Numbered from the whole stretch's first letter, positions 44,994-59,079 are shown. The stretch: 63,803 nt of DNA, filler included, from Choristocarpus tenellus KU-1152 (GCA_964200185.2; 15 parts of 15 records of this genome joined end to end with filler, not necessarily neighbours in it); one strand, 5' to 3'. Made by a program: numbers and translations. The notes: generated by a model not told the origin, from the letters alone.

Positions 44994-45940
44994 CATACAC
45001 TCCCAAGAATCGCCCTGCTGTCCCCCACATTGGCTGTCACTAGCAACTCCCCAACCAGGAGTGATACTGTGGCTGTTGTGCCATCCTGCCTGTCCCCCCC
45101 CCCATCCCTGGCCTCTCTAAGCACGTCCTCTTCTGTCAGAGCAAACGCCGCTCGTAAGAGACCCTCAATGGCCTCTGCGGGCTCCCCTCCAAGGCCTCCG
45201 GGGGGCGCCGCCTTAGCCACAAACGTATGCAGCTGGGGGAAGAGGGAGGGAGGGAGGAGGGGGTGGGGGGGGGAGAGGGTAAAGTGGGATGGATACGTCA
45301 CACAAACCAGTAGGCATTAGGGTTATAGGGTAAACAGGGAGACAACAGGTAAAGTGTACACTGTAGAAGTGTAGGGGATTAGATAAGTTCAATACGACTG
45401 TGTTCCAACGTTCCTACGGACGGGCTGGCTCTAACCCTAACCCTAACCCTAACCCTAACCCTAATACTCCAGAAGAGGCCCACCCGTTCTGATTCTCTTC
45501 ATGCAACAGCAGATGTATGGTGGGAACAAACAATCTCTCTTGTGTTGAATTCCGTGTCACCTCCACGTTAACCATGGTGTATGTACTGCAATTATCGAAG
45601 TCAGTATTTTTTACTTTGTTCTAGAGAGGGACAAGTGACGGGTACCTACCTCTTCAAGGCGATCTACCAGTCATTGCACACGCAGCTCATTCAGTCGGCC
45701 CCCAGAGCAGCCTTAAAACAATAACAACAACAATGATAATAATAATAATAATATCAACAATAACAACCAACACATGTGTGTTGTTCTTCTAGCCAAACAA
45801 AGAAATTCAAAAAGAGGAAAAAACAAGCCTACAGAGATCATCATCATCATAGTGCCTGTCCATACATTTGAATAGAGAAGTCTCAAGCACACAAAAAGTG
45901 CGTGACACTAGTGTTTGACATTATGACACTGTCTCTCTCT

Positions 45941-45974
<34 letters not shown>

Positions 45975-47016
45975 AATCTCTGTCAATCTGAATGAACTGT
46001 TTTCATTGAAATAGAGGGGAAAAAGTCGCGACAAGAATAGCAGTACCAAGGCCAACAATCAGGTAGGTGTGGGCACCCTGGATACAAGGAAATCAAACGA
46101 GCAACAAAGGACACAAGATGCCATCATATCAGTCCCAATCATGTGAGGTTACCACATGGGCACACACCCAAACAAATGCCGAGCCTCAAGGACCCCCTAT
46201 AGTTCCGATATGGGAACATTTCAATCAGCATGACAGCCCAACGTAATAGTTAGAGGTCGTTCATTGACCAGGGGAGGGTTAGGGTTAGAGGCACAAGGAG
46301 GCCCACTGCTACTGGAATTATACATGGCACCGGTCGCATACTGGAACCATCAGTTGCAGACGACTGATGCATTTATTCACTAATATTTATTCACTAATAT
46401 TTATTCACTAATATTTCTACACTCAAATCTGTACGTAAGTGCAAGTCTCTCACATTTCCTCATCACACCATATGCTCTTCGGAAACCACCAAAGCAGAAG
46501 AAGTCAACAGCACATCACAAACTCTACATAAAGCACCCACCAGAGCAGAAGAAGTCAACAGCACATCACAAACTCTACATAAAGCACCCACCAGAGAAGA
46601 AGAAGTCAACAGCGTTAACCTCACAAACTCTAGCTAAAGCACCGCAGCTGGGAGATCTTCCATTCCGTACACAGAACAATACAATACAATCAAGGGTATG
46701 CCCTGGCATGCTATCCCAGGGTCCCCTCTAAATGAGGAGGCTACTTGTATCCTAGCTTGAGTGTACAGTAGTGGCAGGGGGGCAAATAAACAGGAACGGT
46801 TTCAGAGCAGGAATTTGAGCCAAGCCCCCCCCCCCTTCCCCCTCATCCAGTGCAAGAGTATAACCAACAGCCCCTTGCCTTGTTCTTAGCGATCTCTGAT
46901 GCAAGGTCGCCGTTGTGGCCATCATACACCCCAAACAGTGATGGAGGACGTGCATCAAAAGCAGAGTGCACATCCTCGGGGGAACGCAGGCATGAAACCA
47001 CAACATGACGGTCCTC
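44994..47016 (-). CDS. PP2C/PPM-type protein phosphatase, two internal exons
   Basis: Exon 47016-46879 (EDRH...FGVYDGHNGDLASEIAKNK) and exon 45232-44994 (LHTF...DGTTATVSLL...ANVGDSRAIL). Confidence 0.92.
45431..45464. repeat. Interstitial telomeric repeat (CCCTAA)n, about 5.5 units
   Basis: Perfect array inside the PP2C intron. Confidence 0.9.
46486..46642. repeat. 51-bp tandem repeat x3 (third diverged)
   Basis: GCAGAAGAAGTCAACAGCACATCACAAACTCTACATAAAGCACCCACC units. Confidence 0.8.
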
Positions 47017-47582
47017 CTGGAGTGCAAATCCCAACGCATGCAGACACACACACACACACACAAAAAAAAGAGGTACAAATAGGGCCGCATGGGACAGAAG
47101 GCATGGGAGACAAAGGCAAGGGCCTGGAGTTGTTGGCGACGTACTGTACACTTAAAACAAAGGACTGGACAGCTCTGCGAGAAGGCAGGCGATGGGGGAA
47201 GGGCATAGGGCATAGGGCATAGGGCACAGAGCCAAAAGGTTCTGTACTAGTCCTGCAATGGCTCCTTGTGAGTGGACAACTGTCAGACTGCATGGTGTGG
47301 TCAAGCTAAAACATATATCTGACTCGTGAGGGGTGTGTCAGTCACACGGCGTGCACGAAGCGCACCTTCTTGCTCCAATGTACTGTTGTTGCCACTTGGT
47401 ATCCACCTGGGGGGGGGGGGGGGAAAGGGTTATTTAGGTGCGGCCGATTTTTTTTTTGGTGGGAACTTTAGAGTTGTTAGAANNNNNNNNNNNNNNNNNN
47501 NNNNNNNNNNNNNNNNNNNNNNNNNNTTAATTAATTAANNNNNNNNNNNNNNNNNNNNNNNNNNNNNNNNNNNNNNNNNNNN

Positions 47583-50478
47583 GCAATCTTCATTGTCACC
47601 TGACGCACTGTGGATGACCGATTATCGGAGTTGATACTATGTATTGCGCCTATCTTGGTCGGTGTGAGCTCCGAAGGCTGCCCACTATATGCCGCCACCG
47701 CTAGGTTAAGCATGTGACCACTGGCGAGCTGATTGGCGATGTCCTCCCTGTGCAATTTACGTTTTATCTATGATACCTAGCAGGCACCATGAAAGTAGGG
47801 ATACACTATCCTGCTGGTGGTGAAATAAACAACAGGGGCCTGGTCAGGTATGGAGACTCAGACTGGGCAATGACATGCAATAGGTGCATCATTTAGTAGA
47901 ATTAGGTATCCTGTCATGCTTTGTTTTGAAGCAGTGTCATTGACCCATTTTTTGTTGACTGCTGTAGCTAGGACTACCGGAATCAAGTCAAATCCCACCA
48001 CTGGACTGAATATGCTGAAGTAGTCCACCCCTTCTTGCTGGGAAAAACCCCTTGCCACCGGCCTGACCTTAAATCTTTCAATGTCTCCATTGGCCGTCCT
48101 TTTGATTTTGAAAATGAATCTTGTTTTGACTGGTCTCCTCCCTTGTGGTAGACTCTTTCCCTCATGGAAGGTTCCCTTGCTTCGTTGGCCCTCCATTTCT
48201 TGCTCCATTGCCTCTTTCCAGTGTTCTGCATCAGGTCCTGCGAGGGCTTCTGCGATGGTTGATGTCTCCTGGTGTCCTATCGAGATGTCACCTGCCATGC
48301 TCATTAAACAGTAGGCATCATCCGTGTTTCCTCTAATCAGATTGAATATATGCTCCCCCACTTCTTCGGTATCTCCAGAGTGTAAACCCCTGTAGTTCAC
48401 CCTGGGTTGTTCAGCTATCCTAACTGACCTCCGTTGTCCACTAGGTGAACTTGTTGAGTTCTTGTTCGCGACTGTTGCTTGTGGTATCGGATCGACTGCA
48501 ATATCGAAATCCTGATCAAAGTCGTCTTCAGTATCGGAAATCTCTTCATCATCGGTCAAAGTCATGATCTCTCTCTCCCCCACGAAGTCCATGATGTGTT
48601 CGTCTGACTCGAACGTCACTAGGACTGGGGTCACCAACTTGGCCTCTTGAGGAAGCCAGATGTACGAACATAGTGATATACGGTCGTGTCCCATGATAAT
48701 ACCCCACTTGGCGTATAGGTGGAATTTTGAACCAGCTTCGCTCTTCTGCTTGTCCTGGTGAACATAGCGCTCGCTCCCCCAGGTCCAAAGCCTATCGTAA
48801 TAGAAAGGTTTACCTGTTAGACACTCGCATGACGTCTCTCCTCCGAGGTATTCGTGTGGCATGCCTCCAGTTTTGAAGGCGACATCCGTGATGTCAAAGA
48901 ACCAGTACTCGTCGCCCAGTTCAGCCTTTGCCAGTTGACTCCTTGCTACCCCCATGAGATGCTTTATCGCCCTTTTGGCGATCCCGTTGCTCTGTGGTGT
49001 TCTCGGTGGAGATTTCCTCTATCGGGTACCATTGTTCGCCAGCATCCTTTGGAACTTCAATGATCTCCCAAGCTCGCCAGCACCATCCCCACTGATGCAT
49101 TGGACTTGTATACCTTCCTTGGCCATCTAGTCAATATAGGCAGCGGTTGTGTCCGTCACTGCGTTTTTTGCTTTCAATCCATAAACCCTCTTGTCTCTGC
49201 TGCTCTCATCAATAAATGCCTGAAAATATTTGAAACCAGTGATGTCGGGTTGAAACGGTCCCGCCAAATCCGTGTGTATTACCTTGCCAGGCTGCTTGGG
49301 GGTCCTGCCACCCCACTGATAGCTTAAAGCCTCAGATTTGCATTCCTTGCAGGTCTCGCACCGCAGTTCCGACGCCACAGTAGCGTCGGTTATCTCCAAA
49401 AGTCCACTTTTCTCGAGATGCTTGATTACTGATGGGTTGATGTGGCCCAATATGTTGTGCCAATCCCTCAATGTCAGCCTTGAAAGTGGAGAAGGAGCAC
49501 ACTTGGTTCCCGTCAACTCTGTTGCTGCTCCCACCAGGTGGAGGTGGCGGAAATGTTCTCGCAGGTGCTATCCCAGGGGGACGTGTTGCAGGTGGCTTTC
49601 CATTCAAATATGAGTAGCAATTCTGCCATTGATGGTTCGCTTCAAGCAGTATGCACATCGGTTTGGTTTGGGGCCGCTTCCAGCTGATCCCCTGGTCTTC
49701 CGAGCATGGCCATTCCTTACATTGCCATGCATTGCCAATACCCCATCATACCCATCTTGGCCTGAGCGGAGGTAAATTATTGAGAGATGATTCCCGTATG
49801 AGGTCCTCATAGCTGATGTCAGGGCAAGTTATTAATTGCGCGAACGCATGTGGCATGGCTTCCTTGATCTGAAGCAGTATAGATGCCCTCTTTATGTTTT
49901 CCGATTTTGGCCCCTTGAGCTCCTCGAATTCCGCTAATAGTCGCTCTAGTTTAAAGACGAAATCAGTGCTGTCCTGAGACGCCACACACCATAGTCCTCG
50001 GAGTCTCGCCTCCAAAGTGATGACCTGCACGGGGATCTCGTCCTCCACACGTCCACCGTAGACTATAGTTCTATCAATGCCCCTCTGCCGTCTGGTTGAC
50101 CCCCGTTTTCGTATCTCGCAACGACTTCTGATGCTGATCCCTTTGTTGCTTGAATAAGGAGGAACCATAATGCCTTGTTGTTCTTGATATGCGTTTGTAA
50201 AAGGAGCCCTTCGTCATTTGTAGAAGGAGGAACCATAACGCCTTGTTATTCTTTGTGTACGTGGCATGTGCTGTTCGAACTACCTCTCCCGAGATGGTGG
50301 TGGGTGTTTCAGGAATCTCGTAGTCCCTCGTTGTAATCTCATAAAAACCCTTTCCACCTACATGGCTTATCAATGACAGTCTCCAAGTGAACCAGGTCTC
50401 CATTGACCTTCCTGTGGCCCCTGTCCAGACAGCAAGTTTCTTCAGGTCGGTCTCCATACTACTGAGGCTCATAATCTG
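47583..50478 (-). mobile_element. Ty1/copia LTR retrotransposon, decayed and internally rearranged
   Basis: Order on minus: gag (50472 onward), zinc knuckle CAYC..NHQWQNC, pre-integrase WHNILGH...CETC, integrase IHTDLAGPF...FIDE, RT WKEAMEQEM...RFKVRPVARGFSQQEGVDY, RNase H SMTGY. Frameshifted; protease and YVDD core not seen. Confidence 0.92.
50465..50476 (-). other. Probable copia primer-binding site (internal tRNA-iMet type)
   Basis: Minus strand ...CA|GATTATGAGCCT resembles the GGTTATGxGCCC PBS of copia-type elements and overlaps the gag ATG. Confidence 0.5.
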
Positions 50479-51376
50479 TGCAATCTACCTTGGAAGGTAT
50501 TGCTATTTATCAGTAGCAAAGACAAGAAGGTGTGGAGCCTCACATTATCCCTTTGCTGAACGTGAAAAGAATGGATGGATGAAATTCGAAGAGTGATCTT
50601 TGTGGGGTCTCTTCCTATTGTTTGTTTTATTATTATTTTGTGCTTCCTAGATAAGTCAACGGTTATGTCAAAGTAGTTGAATACAGAAAAAAAAACCCAT
50701 ACATAATCCCATTCATAATCCAGATGTACTATCTCATTAGTTACATCATATGGAATCAATCAAAATTGTAATCTCTCATACACAAAGCAAGGTACACCTC
50801 ACTATTTTCCCATTTGCACACTCCCAGAGCCCTTGCATGTAACGCTCAGGCACTCCAAACTCTGCTGCGAGGGCCAGCCCAACATGTCACGGCAGTTTAT
50901 GCTCACCAGGGACTATCGCGAGGGTGTGCCGCACTGGAAGCACAACCCTGGTATTCAGGGACACTTGGGCACCCTTCCTACGCGGAGGGTCGACGAGGGG
51001 GTTGCCATGCTGATGTTCTGACCCTCGACATGCCCAGTTCTGACCTCAAAATCACCCCCAAAAGACCCCTATTTTGACGGCTTGAAGCACCTCGAGTTTG
51101 TACCTGATGATCCTCGACCACAACCTTTTCTGAAAGCTGAGATTACCAACCAGGTTTCATTCTGTGGGTTATTGTCGTCCGACTCGGCACCGTTCTCGCT
51201 CAGTGAGCCCAGATGTTTCGCGGCACAAACTTATGCGAGCCAAAGTATCTTAGAGGGTAGAGCCGCGTCCATTTGGNNNNNNNNNNNNNNNNNNNNNNNN
51301 NNNNNNNNNNNNNNNNNNNNTTAATTAATTAANNNNNNNNNNNNNNNNNNNNNNNNNNNNNNNNNNNNNNNNNNNN

Positions 51377-51571
51377 CCGATTTCAAAAATTGAGGATGGA
51401 GCTTTTCATTGAGGACGGACTTGACCCAAAATTGACTGCGATAAAATGTAGATATGTTTTTTGTTTTAAATGACAATACAAAAAAAAACATACCGACACT
51501 TTATCCCAGTCAATTTTGGGTCAAGTCCGTCCTCAATGAAAAGTTCCATCCTCAATTTTTGAAATCGGCTG
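51377..51571. mobile_element. Foldback/MITE with ~85-bp inverted arms
   Basis: CCGATTTCAAAAATTGAGGATGGA...GACTTGACCCAAAATTGACTG is mirrored by CAGTCAATTTTGGGTCAAGTC...TCCATCCTCAATTTTTGAAATCGG. Confidence 0.85.
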
Positions 51572-53403
51572 TTATAGGTGCTGTCTAATTCTTTGTAGAA
51601 AGTGATATTTAACGCGATTGGGAATACCGTTTGAATATCTAATTCATACTATATTGTGTTGTGAATCGTATCGATTCCGTTCAACAAAATCGCGAATAAT
51701 TTAAATTGAAAAACGTCGTGGTTGTAGACAAACAGCAGAAGTAAACTAGTGGTAGAACATTATCTACTTGGAACTTTGAATTGCTTGAACTAGGTCATCA
51801 ACTAAAATTCCGTAGACAAGACTGGCATCCTTGCGACCAGCATCTACTTTAGCTGCTAAGATCGGGGATGCTTGTGGTCACATTTGCTTTTCCCTCCACT
51901 CTTTGCCAACCCTTATCGCTATTAAGGTACCATACTTCTTGGTTTGGACCCCTCTGCACACTACATTCGAGCGATGCTAATCTAGCTGGAAGCCTCCATC
52001 TCCTAACTATATTTGGTGGGGGTCTCTCAAGAAGACACACACACTGGGTAAAAAGAAACCCAACAACCTTAGTCAGCCTCCCAAACTCTCTCATTCCTTA
52101 CCTTGGTCTTTAGTGGCGGTGCAATGCCCTCATATTGAAGGAGGAATATGCCCAAGGAGGGGCCTTTCCGAAGTATTTGATATTCAGTCCTAGCAAACAC
52201 ATTAACATAATTGGAGCGTATGTAACATATGTACGTATTTGTTTATCTGCGTCTTATTATTTTATGCACTGGTAGACTAGGTGGCGATAGTTCTGAGAGC
52301 TATTGCATTCTTCTTTTACGATAAAAATGTGAGGAAACGTTAAGCAGCAGACAGAGATGGAGCTCTACGCAAACCAAACTAACGATTTCGGAACAGAAAC
52401 CCACCTGCTTACAGCTTCGGAACACTTGTATTCTGGTTGATCAGTTACCTGTCTCCCTTGTTTGCCCCGGCCACATGTTTGAAGGTGTGCAAAAGTACGT
52501 GTCATAACTTGATATCCAACACTTGTATTATGTCTGTGCAACGGGTTGCTTCCCCTCCCACAATTTCGCTAGGTATCAGTGAAACGGGCAGCAGTGAAAG
52601 CAACCCCCCCTCACTCTTGCACATCATCACCAGACAAGTCTTAGGTACAATGATCTTCAGGCAGCACAAACAAAGGGATCGTGACAGGGAGGATTGATAG
52701 TGCTACTATTTGCTAACCGATACAAAAAGTACACGTGTGAAAATGTATTGATACGCCCAAATGATAATTTCCAGGGATTATTAATGTAGATATTTAAACA
52801 CCGAATAATTTGTATACTTCAAAGTTTACGGTTTATTGCTGTACAGTACCATACACTACAGGATGGAGGGGGCTATAGGTAATCAGAAACCACTCTGCAT
52901 GGGAGAGCGGGAGGGCATTGTACTATTCCCAGAATGAGACTGTGGGTAAGAAACGTGTGCAGCGGAAAACATTAATTCTTTCATCATGGCCAGTGTTACT
53001 GCTCCTAATAATGACGATATTCATGCCAGAAATTCCCAAAATTTCAAAGTTTCTGTTTTTTCCGATCTTGTCTTCAAATGGGATAGAACAGCTCTTAGGC
53101 ATTTGAAAAATGGGGAATTTCGGAAATATACTACTGTGGGTAGGAAGGGGCTGTGAAAGTGAAATATTGTTCTGTACAAATAGTACGAATTTTATTTTTT
53201 CTCATAGGGGATATTCACAGTGAGGTCATGGGAGAACTACTGGAGGGGTAGGAAGAATTGGAGATTTGGGACAGAAGCAACGAACTGACCAGCAAAAGGA
53301 GAGACATATATCAACAAATTGCTCCCAAGCAACCCTGAGCCACTCCAAGCACTCTGGTGCTACGGAGCAGTTAGATGTGGCATACATTGTACCAGTATGT
53401 ATT

Positions 53404-53672
53404 GAGTCAAAACAGACTAGAGGTAACCAGAGCTGCATTCTAAGAATACTGACAAATGTGTGTATAATACAAAAAATGTATTTTTTTACAACTGTGCATA
53501 GGACACGTTCCAGATCTTTCCAAATCATGTAAAAAAAAGAAAACAGAAACTAACCCTCTCAAGTCAAACTAGCACTTCATTCATATATATATGAATGAAT
53601 TGCAAAAGATTGAAAACTGGCTTTGAAATGCAAAACGACCAAAAAATCCATTCCTCCCATTTACTTTGGCCC
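53404..53672. mobile_element. MITE family C, diverged
   Basis: ATT|GAGTCAAAA...TTACTTTGGCCC|ATC; body shares AACCCTCTCAAGTCAAACT and GATTGAAAACTGGCTT with the other C copies. Confidence 0.7.
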
Positions 53673-56600
53673 ATCCTAGTGCAAAATATTTTCTTGACTC
53701 TTAAACAATTAATCAGATACCAGGAAGAAACACTTTAAACTTAAACAAATACCAGGAACTAAATAATTGCACAGTACTTGTCATGGGAGCTTATCTGTAG
53801 AAGAATCAAGAGTGAATGGAATCAATGTTTTGGACGGAGACATCAATATAAAGGATACCAGTTCTTCCAATCACAAAGAGATTATTCTGTTGCCCCAAGA
53901 GGTAAATGCTTCAACACATTCAATATATTTCAGTATGTCCAGGAGCACACATTTTTATTGATCAATGTAGGGAGGGTGATCTATTTATACTGGAGTATAA
54001 AGTTAACCTTTGAAAATCGATGCTCCGGTTGTTTTGGTTGGTGGCCTGTAATAATGAAGATTTTTTGTATAACTTGTTGTACTGGATTTGATTTAAGACT
54101 TAAGACTTAAGATTTAAGATTTAGATTACTCTCTGTTGAATAATTCTACCACTAGCCTTTTTGAGGCGACTTCACATATACTTGAAGAAAAAGTGAAGAA
54201 AAAGTAAAGAAAAATTGAAGAACACAAAGGGTGCTGGCACAAGAAGGTAAAGTATGGTACAACCAATCTGTCCTTTGCACCTGAACGGGTATGGTCTGGT
54301 GATCTCTGGACCTTGTACAGAGTAGTACATGATAGAGACACCTCGACAACACACATCATATGGTCATGACATAACTTCACATGCAATGGTGATGTGGGTG
54401 TATGCATCATAGATCAAATCTGAGTAAACCCTCCATAGGAATTGGTTACTCCACTTTGGAATCAATCAAGTTATGGTGGGCTTGCTCTTGCCGAGCTTGG
54501 ACTACGCTAGGTTACTCCAATGTCATGCCAAAAAGCGTATCTTGTTTCCCCTCCTCTCAAACGAGGTCATGATCTCAAATGAGTTCATTATCCGCCAGAT
54601 CTGCATCTTTTTGTTCATCCTCCTGTACACCTCGGTAGTACCTGTTATGTGTGTGGAAGAGGATCCAACCAACCTCTATCAGGGTGTCAGTTTGCTTCAC
54701 AGTACACCACGATTTGATATATGGACATGCAATGTTCACAGCTGTAGGACAGTACAAAATGATTGTTGTAATGTGGACAGATATATGGTACATAGTTGGT
54801 AGTCAAAACGTTACTGCGTAACTTATGTAGTCTGTATTGTTCCCCCTCCTGTTGTAAATTCTTGTCAAAATCAAGAGCTTAAGGCATCTGTCTCAGACTA
54901 GCTTACTAAAGATTCTTCCATGAAAGTGGAAAGTGAACAATATTAGCGGTTTGACCTGGACATTTGCCGTTTGCTTTTGCATTTTTTCAAGATAAATCAA
55001 AACCTAACACAAAACTTTGTCACCCATGCCCCCAAACCCTTAACGTAGACATTTGAGAAGCTTGGAAAAGCATTTTCTCATCCACAACTGAGTGAAAGTA
55101 TCTTAGAGGGTACGAGTTTTGCCTTGTTTGTCCATTTGGGGCTTGGCTTCTCATGAGTTCTTTAGTGACATTTTCCTACTCCAAAATGCTTAGGANNNNN
55201 NNNNNNNNNNNNNNNNNNNNNNNNNNNNNNNNNNNNNNNTTAATTAATTAANNNNNNNNNNNNNNNNNNNNNNNNNNNNNNNNNNNNNNNNNNNNCCGGT
55301 TTTGTTGCATCATGGACGCCTCCTCCTGCGGGAACGCTGTCTTCCGCTGCTCGATGGGGGGGGGGGGTGTTAGAGCGTCCTGTAAGATTATGAATTATGT
55401 CTATGCCTTTACCTCTCATTGCTGCCCTAACATCACTAGTGCAATCATCACTAGTGCAATTCTGTTGATGTGTTCCTTTTGAGGTCTTCAAGTGCAGTGC
55501 TAGTTGCGTAAAGCGAGTGTTCTGTCGTATTTTTTTGACAACATGTGCCGCCTTCCCCGTTCACGGTACTCCTCATTTGGCTTGGTGTGTGTTGTCAATA
55601 GGGAGACGGGGTTCTGGCCTCTGGCTCTGGGGCAGTACACGGCAGTCACAATAAGAAGAGGGGTTCCAAGCAGCTTAAGTCATCGAGTGCAGCGTTCACC
55701 ATGGTTGAAGCCAACAAGAAGAAGCGAACCGGCTTTCCACCACCCCCCGGAGGGTGACTTTTGTTAAGGGAGTTCAAGATGAGAATGTTGAGTGCAGGAG
55801 ATGCCCTGAAGTGCAGCACTTCAACAAAATAACTGAGATGTAGTTTGCTCTCACCCAACGAGATTAGCCCGTGGCACAAATGTCTGCTACCTGCTCAATC
55901 TTGGGTTGCTTGAAGGAAATGAGATGAAGCGTGTGTGTGTTTGTGTGTCTTGTTTTCCATTTTTTTTACTGTATTTTTGATTGGTTGTGACCGTCCTGTT
56001 CTGGGTGAGGTGACACCCTGTGTATTGACTACAGTGTAGTGGGGTTTTCTCACATACCCTCCGTGGAGGACCTGGTTTCTGCCACAGGTTGTGTGATATC
56101 AAGGGTTGTTGGGTTGACGGGCCTCGACAGATATGCGGTGTCTGTTGATGGAGCGAATTAGTGATAGGGTGCTCAATCTCTCTTCTAAGCTGTTGAGGAG
56201 GGTGCAGAAGGTGGTCAAAGATGGCTGGCTGTCGTTGTATGTTGTACCAGTACAGCTAATCGATCCATTTGATGTACACAGCAGAAGCTTCCTGGACCGT
56301 TCTTTTTTTTGTGCTATGTAGAGTGCAGTCTGGATGTTCAGAGTGATGCTTTGTATTCAGCAGTGGAGTTGTGGGGAGAAGAGAGTGCGCTGAATTCAAG
56401 GGTTACTCTACCTCTTGGACGTGCTAGGTGGGGCACAGATGGCAGGTATTGGTGATGCTGGACCCTCATAGGCAGTGCAGTTGTGTGACTGTTGACCAAT
56501 AGTAGGCGTGCTTATGCTCCTTGTTAGTTGTTACCACGGTAGCACTCTTAAGATCTTCTCTTCACTGCTACACAAGGAGCTCTGATGGAGTAGATGGTTC

Positions 56601-58806
56601 CTGCTGCCAGCAACAATAGTGTAAATATGGTCTTGTTGATGGTACCACAAATGCATCCAGTCAAGCCCAGGATAACCAATGGGCAGCCTTTTGGGGTGTC
56701 AGGTACACTTGTCCGTGAGTGATAGAGGGGGGCTATTCTTCATCAGCCATCTCTGTCGCCTTTTGATGTATTTCTACCACTAGGTCCTATTGATGTTCCT
56801 ATTTGTATGTTTGTTGGTGTGTGGGTTAGTTGTGGTTGCGTCCTGTCGAGTCCTTACTGTCAGACAAGGGTGTCACCTTTGGGTGCTGTTTGGTGTCGGG
56901 TGTTGTTTGATGTTGTTACTGTGTCTGGTCATTATCTATAGAATTTCCTCTTGTTTTCGGGGTACTTAAGTGTTACAGTGTATGGTGTATGCCACCGAAT
57001 GCTCTATGCACACTACCGGTTTATGAAGTAGTAAATATGATTACAATTTTAAAGTGAAGGGCGATTATTAATACATCTACTACGAAACAGCATGATTGCT
57101 ACAAAAGGTGATCTCCTTGATGTGGCCATTGGCAAGCGAGAACAGCACCACAACTTTTACACCAACCTAACCACTATCTGCTGTTTGGCATACGGTAGAT
57201 TCTGGAGTATCTGATGCCCAGGTTTTGTCAGGTGTGACATTTGTTGGGGAGATATTGATTACCAAGCTCCATATTGCTACTACTTCTACTACTTGTACTG
57301 TGTTTAGTCAAGGTGACAAGTGTTACGTTGTATCTAAGATTTACCTTACTGTTGTAAGCCTTTGTTCAAATCCCAATCCATTCAAGAGAGCTGGTCACTC
57401 TTTGACTATGATGGTACATGATGATATGCGCACAATATTATACAGTCTGAAAATGACAATGATCTGTGGACCCCTGATTGGCAGAGGCAAACATCAATAC
57501 GTAGGTGTAACTTATTCTGGGCATTTGCAAAGCTGATATCAATGAATTGTGTAGGCTTAACGATAGCCTGTATGTAACAAGGACGACCTGCCAAGGGTCT
57601 ATTGCTACCAGACAGAAGAGCTTGTCATTATCATCGTTATTATGTGTGGGAAAGAAGCTGTCTAAGGGTTTAATGCGGCAAACAAAGGTCTGCAGCAATC
57701 TGGTCCGCTGTCTGATGTCTGAGGGGTGGTGCAACGCTAACTTTCTGTGACCTCTGGATATATATATATATTATATATATTATATAGGCTCAAAGTATCC
57801 CGGGGGGGGGGGGGGGGGGGGAACTGGCTATTTGGGGTCCTTTTTTTTTTTTTGCGTTTTTTTTGTGTTTTGGTTGTNNNNNNNNNNNNNNNNNNNNNNN
57901 NNNNNNNNNNNNNNNNNNNNNTTAATTAATTAANNNNNNNNNNNNNNNNNNNNNNNNNNNNNNNNNNNNNNNNNNNNCCCCCCCCACCCAGATACTTTGA
58001 GCTAATATAGGACACGCGGAGTGTCTCTAGCACTGGCATCTTCGAGGTGGGTTGAAGCTCTATTCGATTCTTTTGCTTCCATGAATCTCTGGCTCTCATT
58101 CCCTTTACACCCCTCTTTTACTCTTCTCCTTGCAAACCGTCCTCTTGATCTCGCCTCTGTCTATTCCTCAGCTTCCTTCATTAGAATCTTTGAAGGCGTC
58201 GACAATCTCCTTTCCGAGGTCCAAGATGCACTCTGCGCTCAGAACGGGGAAAAGGTTCGTGCGGACGAGGTTTTTCTACTTGTATTTTTTAATTCCAAAT
58301 AAACATTACAAAAAAAGAAGAGAAAACTTGAGGGAGAAATTTTCGAATATATTCCTGGATCTCGCTCGAACCATTGGAAACAACGTTGGGGTAAAGGCAG
58401 AGGGGTCTTTTGTGGCGCAGGTGTTGGTCCTTCCCATCCCAAGGTTTGAAGGTTGGACTCCATCGATCTCTCCTGCACATCTTTCTTTGCTGTTTACCCC
58501 CAATGTGCACGTGCTATGTTTCCGCGGTAGTAAACAACGCCAACCAACACACTGCAAACAGGTATGTCAGCAAAGCAGTCTAGGCGACTTTCTCCTGGAC
58601 TTTACGGACGAGGTCTTGGACCAGCTGGAAGGCATTGTCGTGTTCGTCTCTAGCCTTGGCGGAGTCGTCGCCCCTCTCTCGTGGGTGTCAGGTGAGGATG
58701 TGACTTGATTGCACCTCCGGTGGTGGATTCAATATGCCAAAAGCCAATGCGCACCGTGCTTCATCATCGGCTTGAGAGTTGATAGTACTATGGAACAGAA
58801 CATGGT

Positions 58807-59079
58807 GAATGAAAGTAAGCGAGAGAGGTAGGTACCCGGCGTTGCGTTTTTTTGCGGATCTGGGCAAATACGGGCAAAAATTCGGCTCTTTTTACAAGTG
58901 CGCAGAGGATCTTTTCCGAATGGTGTCGAAATCTTTCAAACAATAGACAAGTAAACCCTCTCAAGTTAAACTCAGCACCTCATCCATAGAAATATGGGTG
59001 AATTGCAGAAGATTGAAAAACTGACTTAAGATGAAAAACGACCAAAAATCTGGGTACTCCTCGCGCTTTACTTCGGCTA
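58807..59079. mobile_element. MITE family C
   Basis: GGT|GAATGAAAGTAAGCGAGAG...GCTTTACTTCGGCTA|AGT; body homologous to the 34192 and 20143 copies. Confidence 0.8.

Noticed and set aside
45431-45464. True chromosome end
   Set aside because: Short tract inside a PP2C intron with unique sequence on both sides.
55500-57000. Possible decayed LINE on the minus strand
   Set aside because: Compositional impression only; no diagnostic motif.
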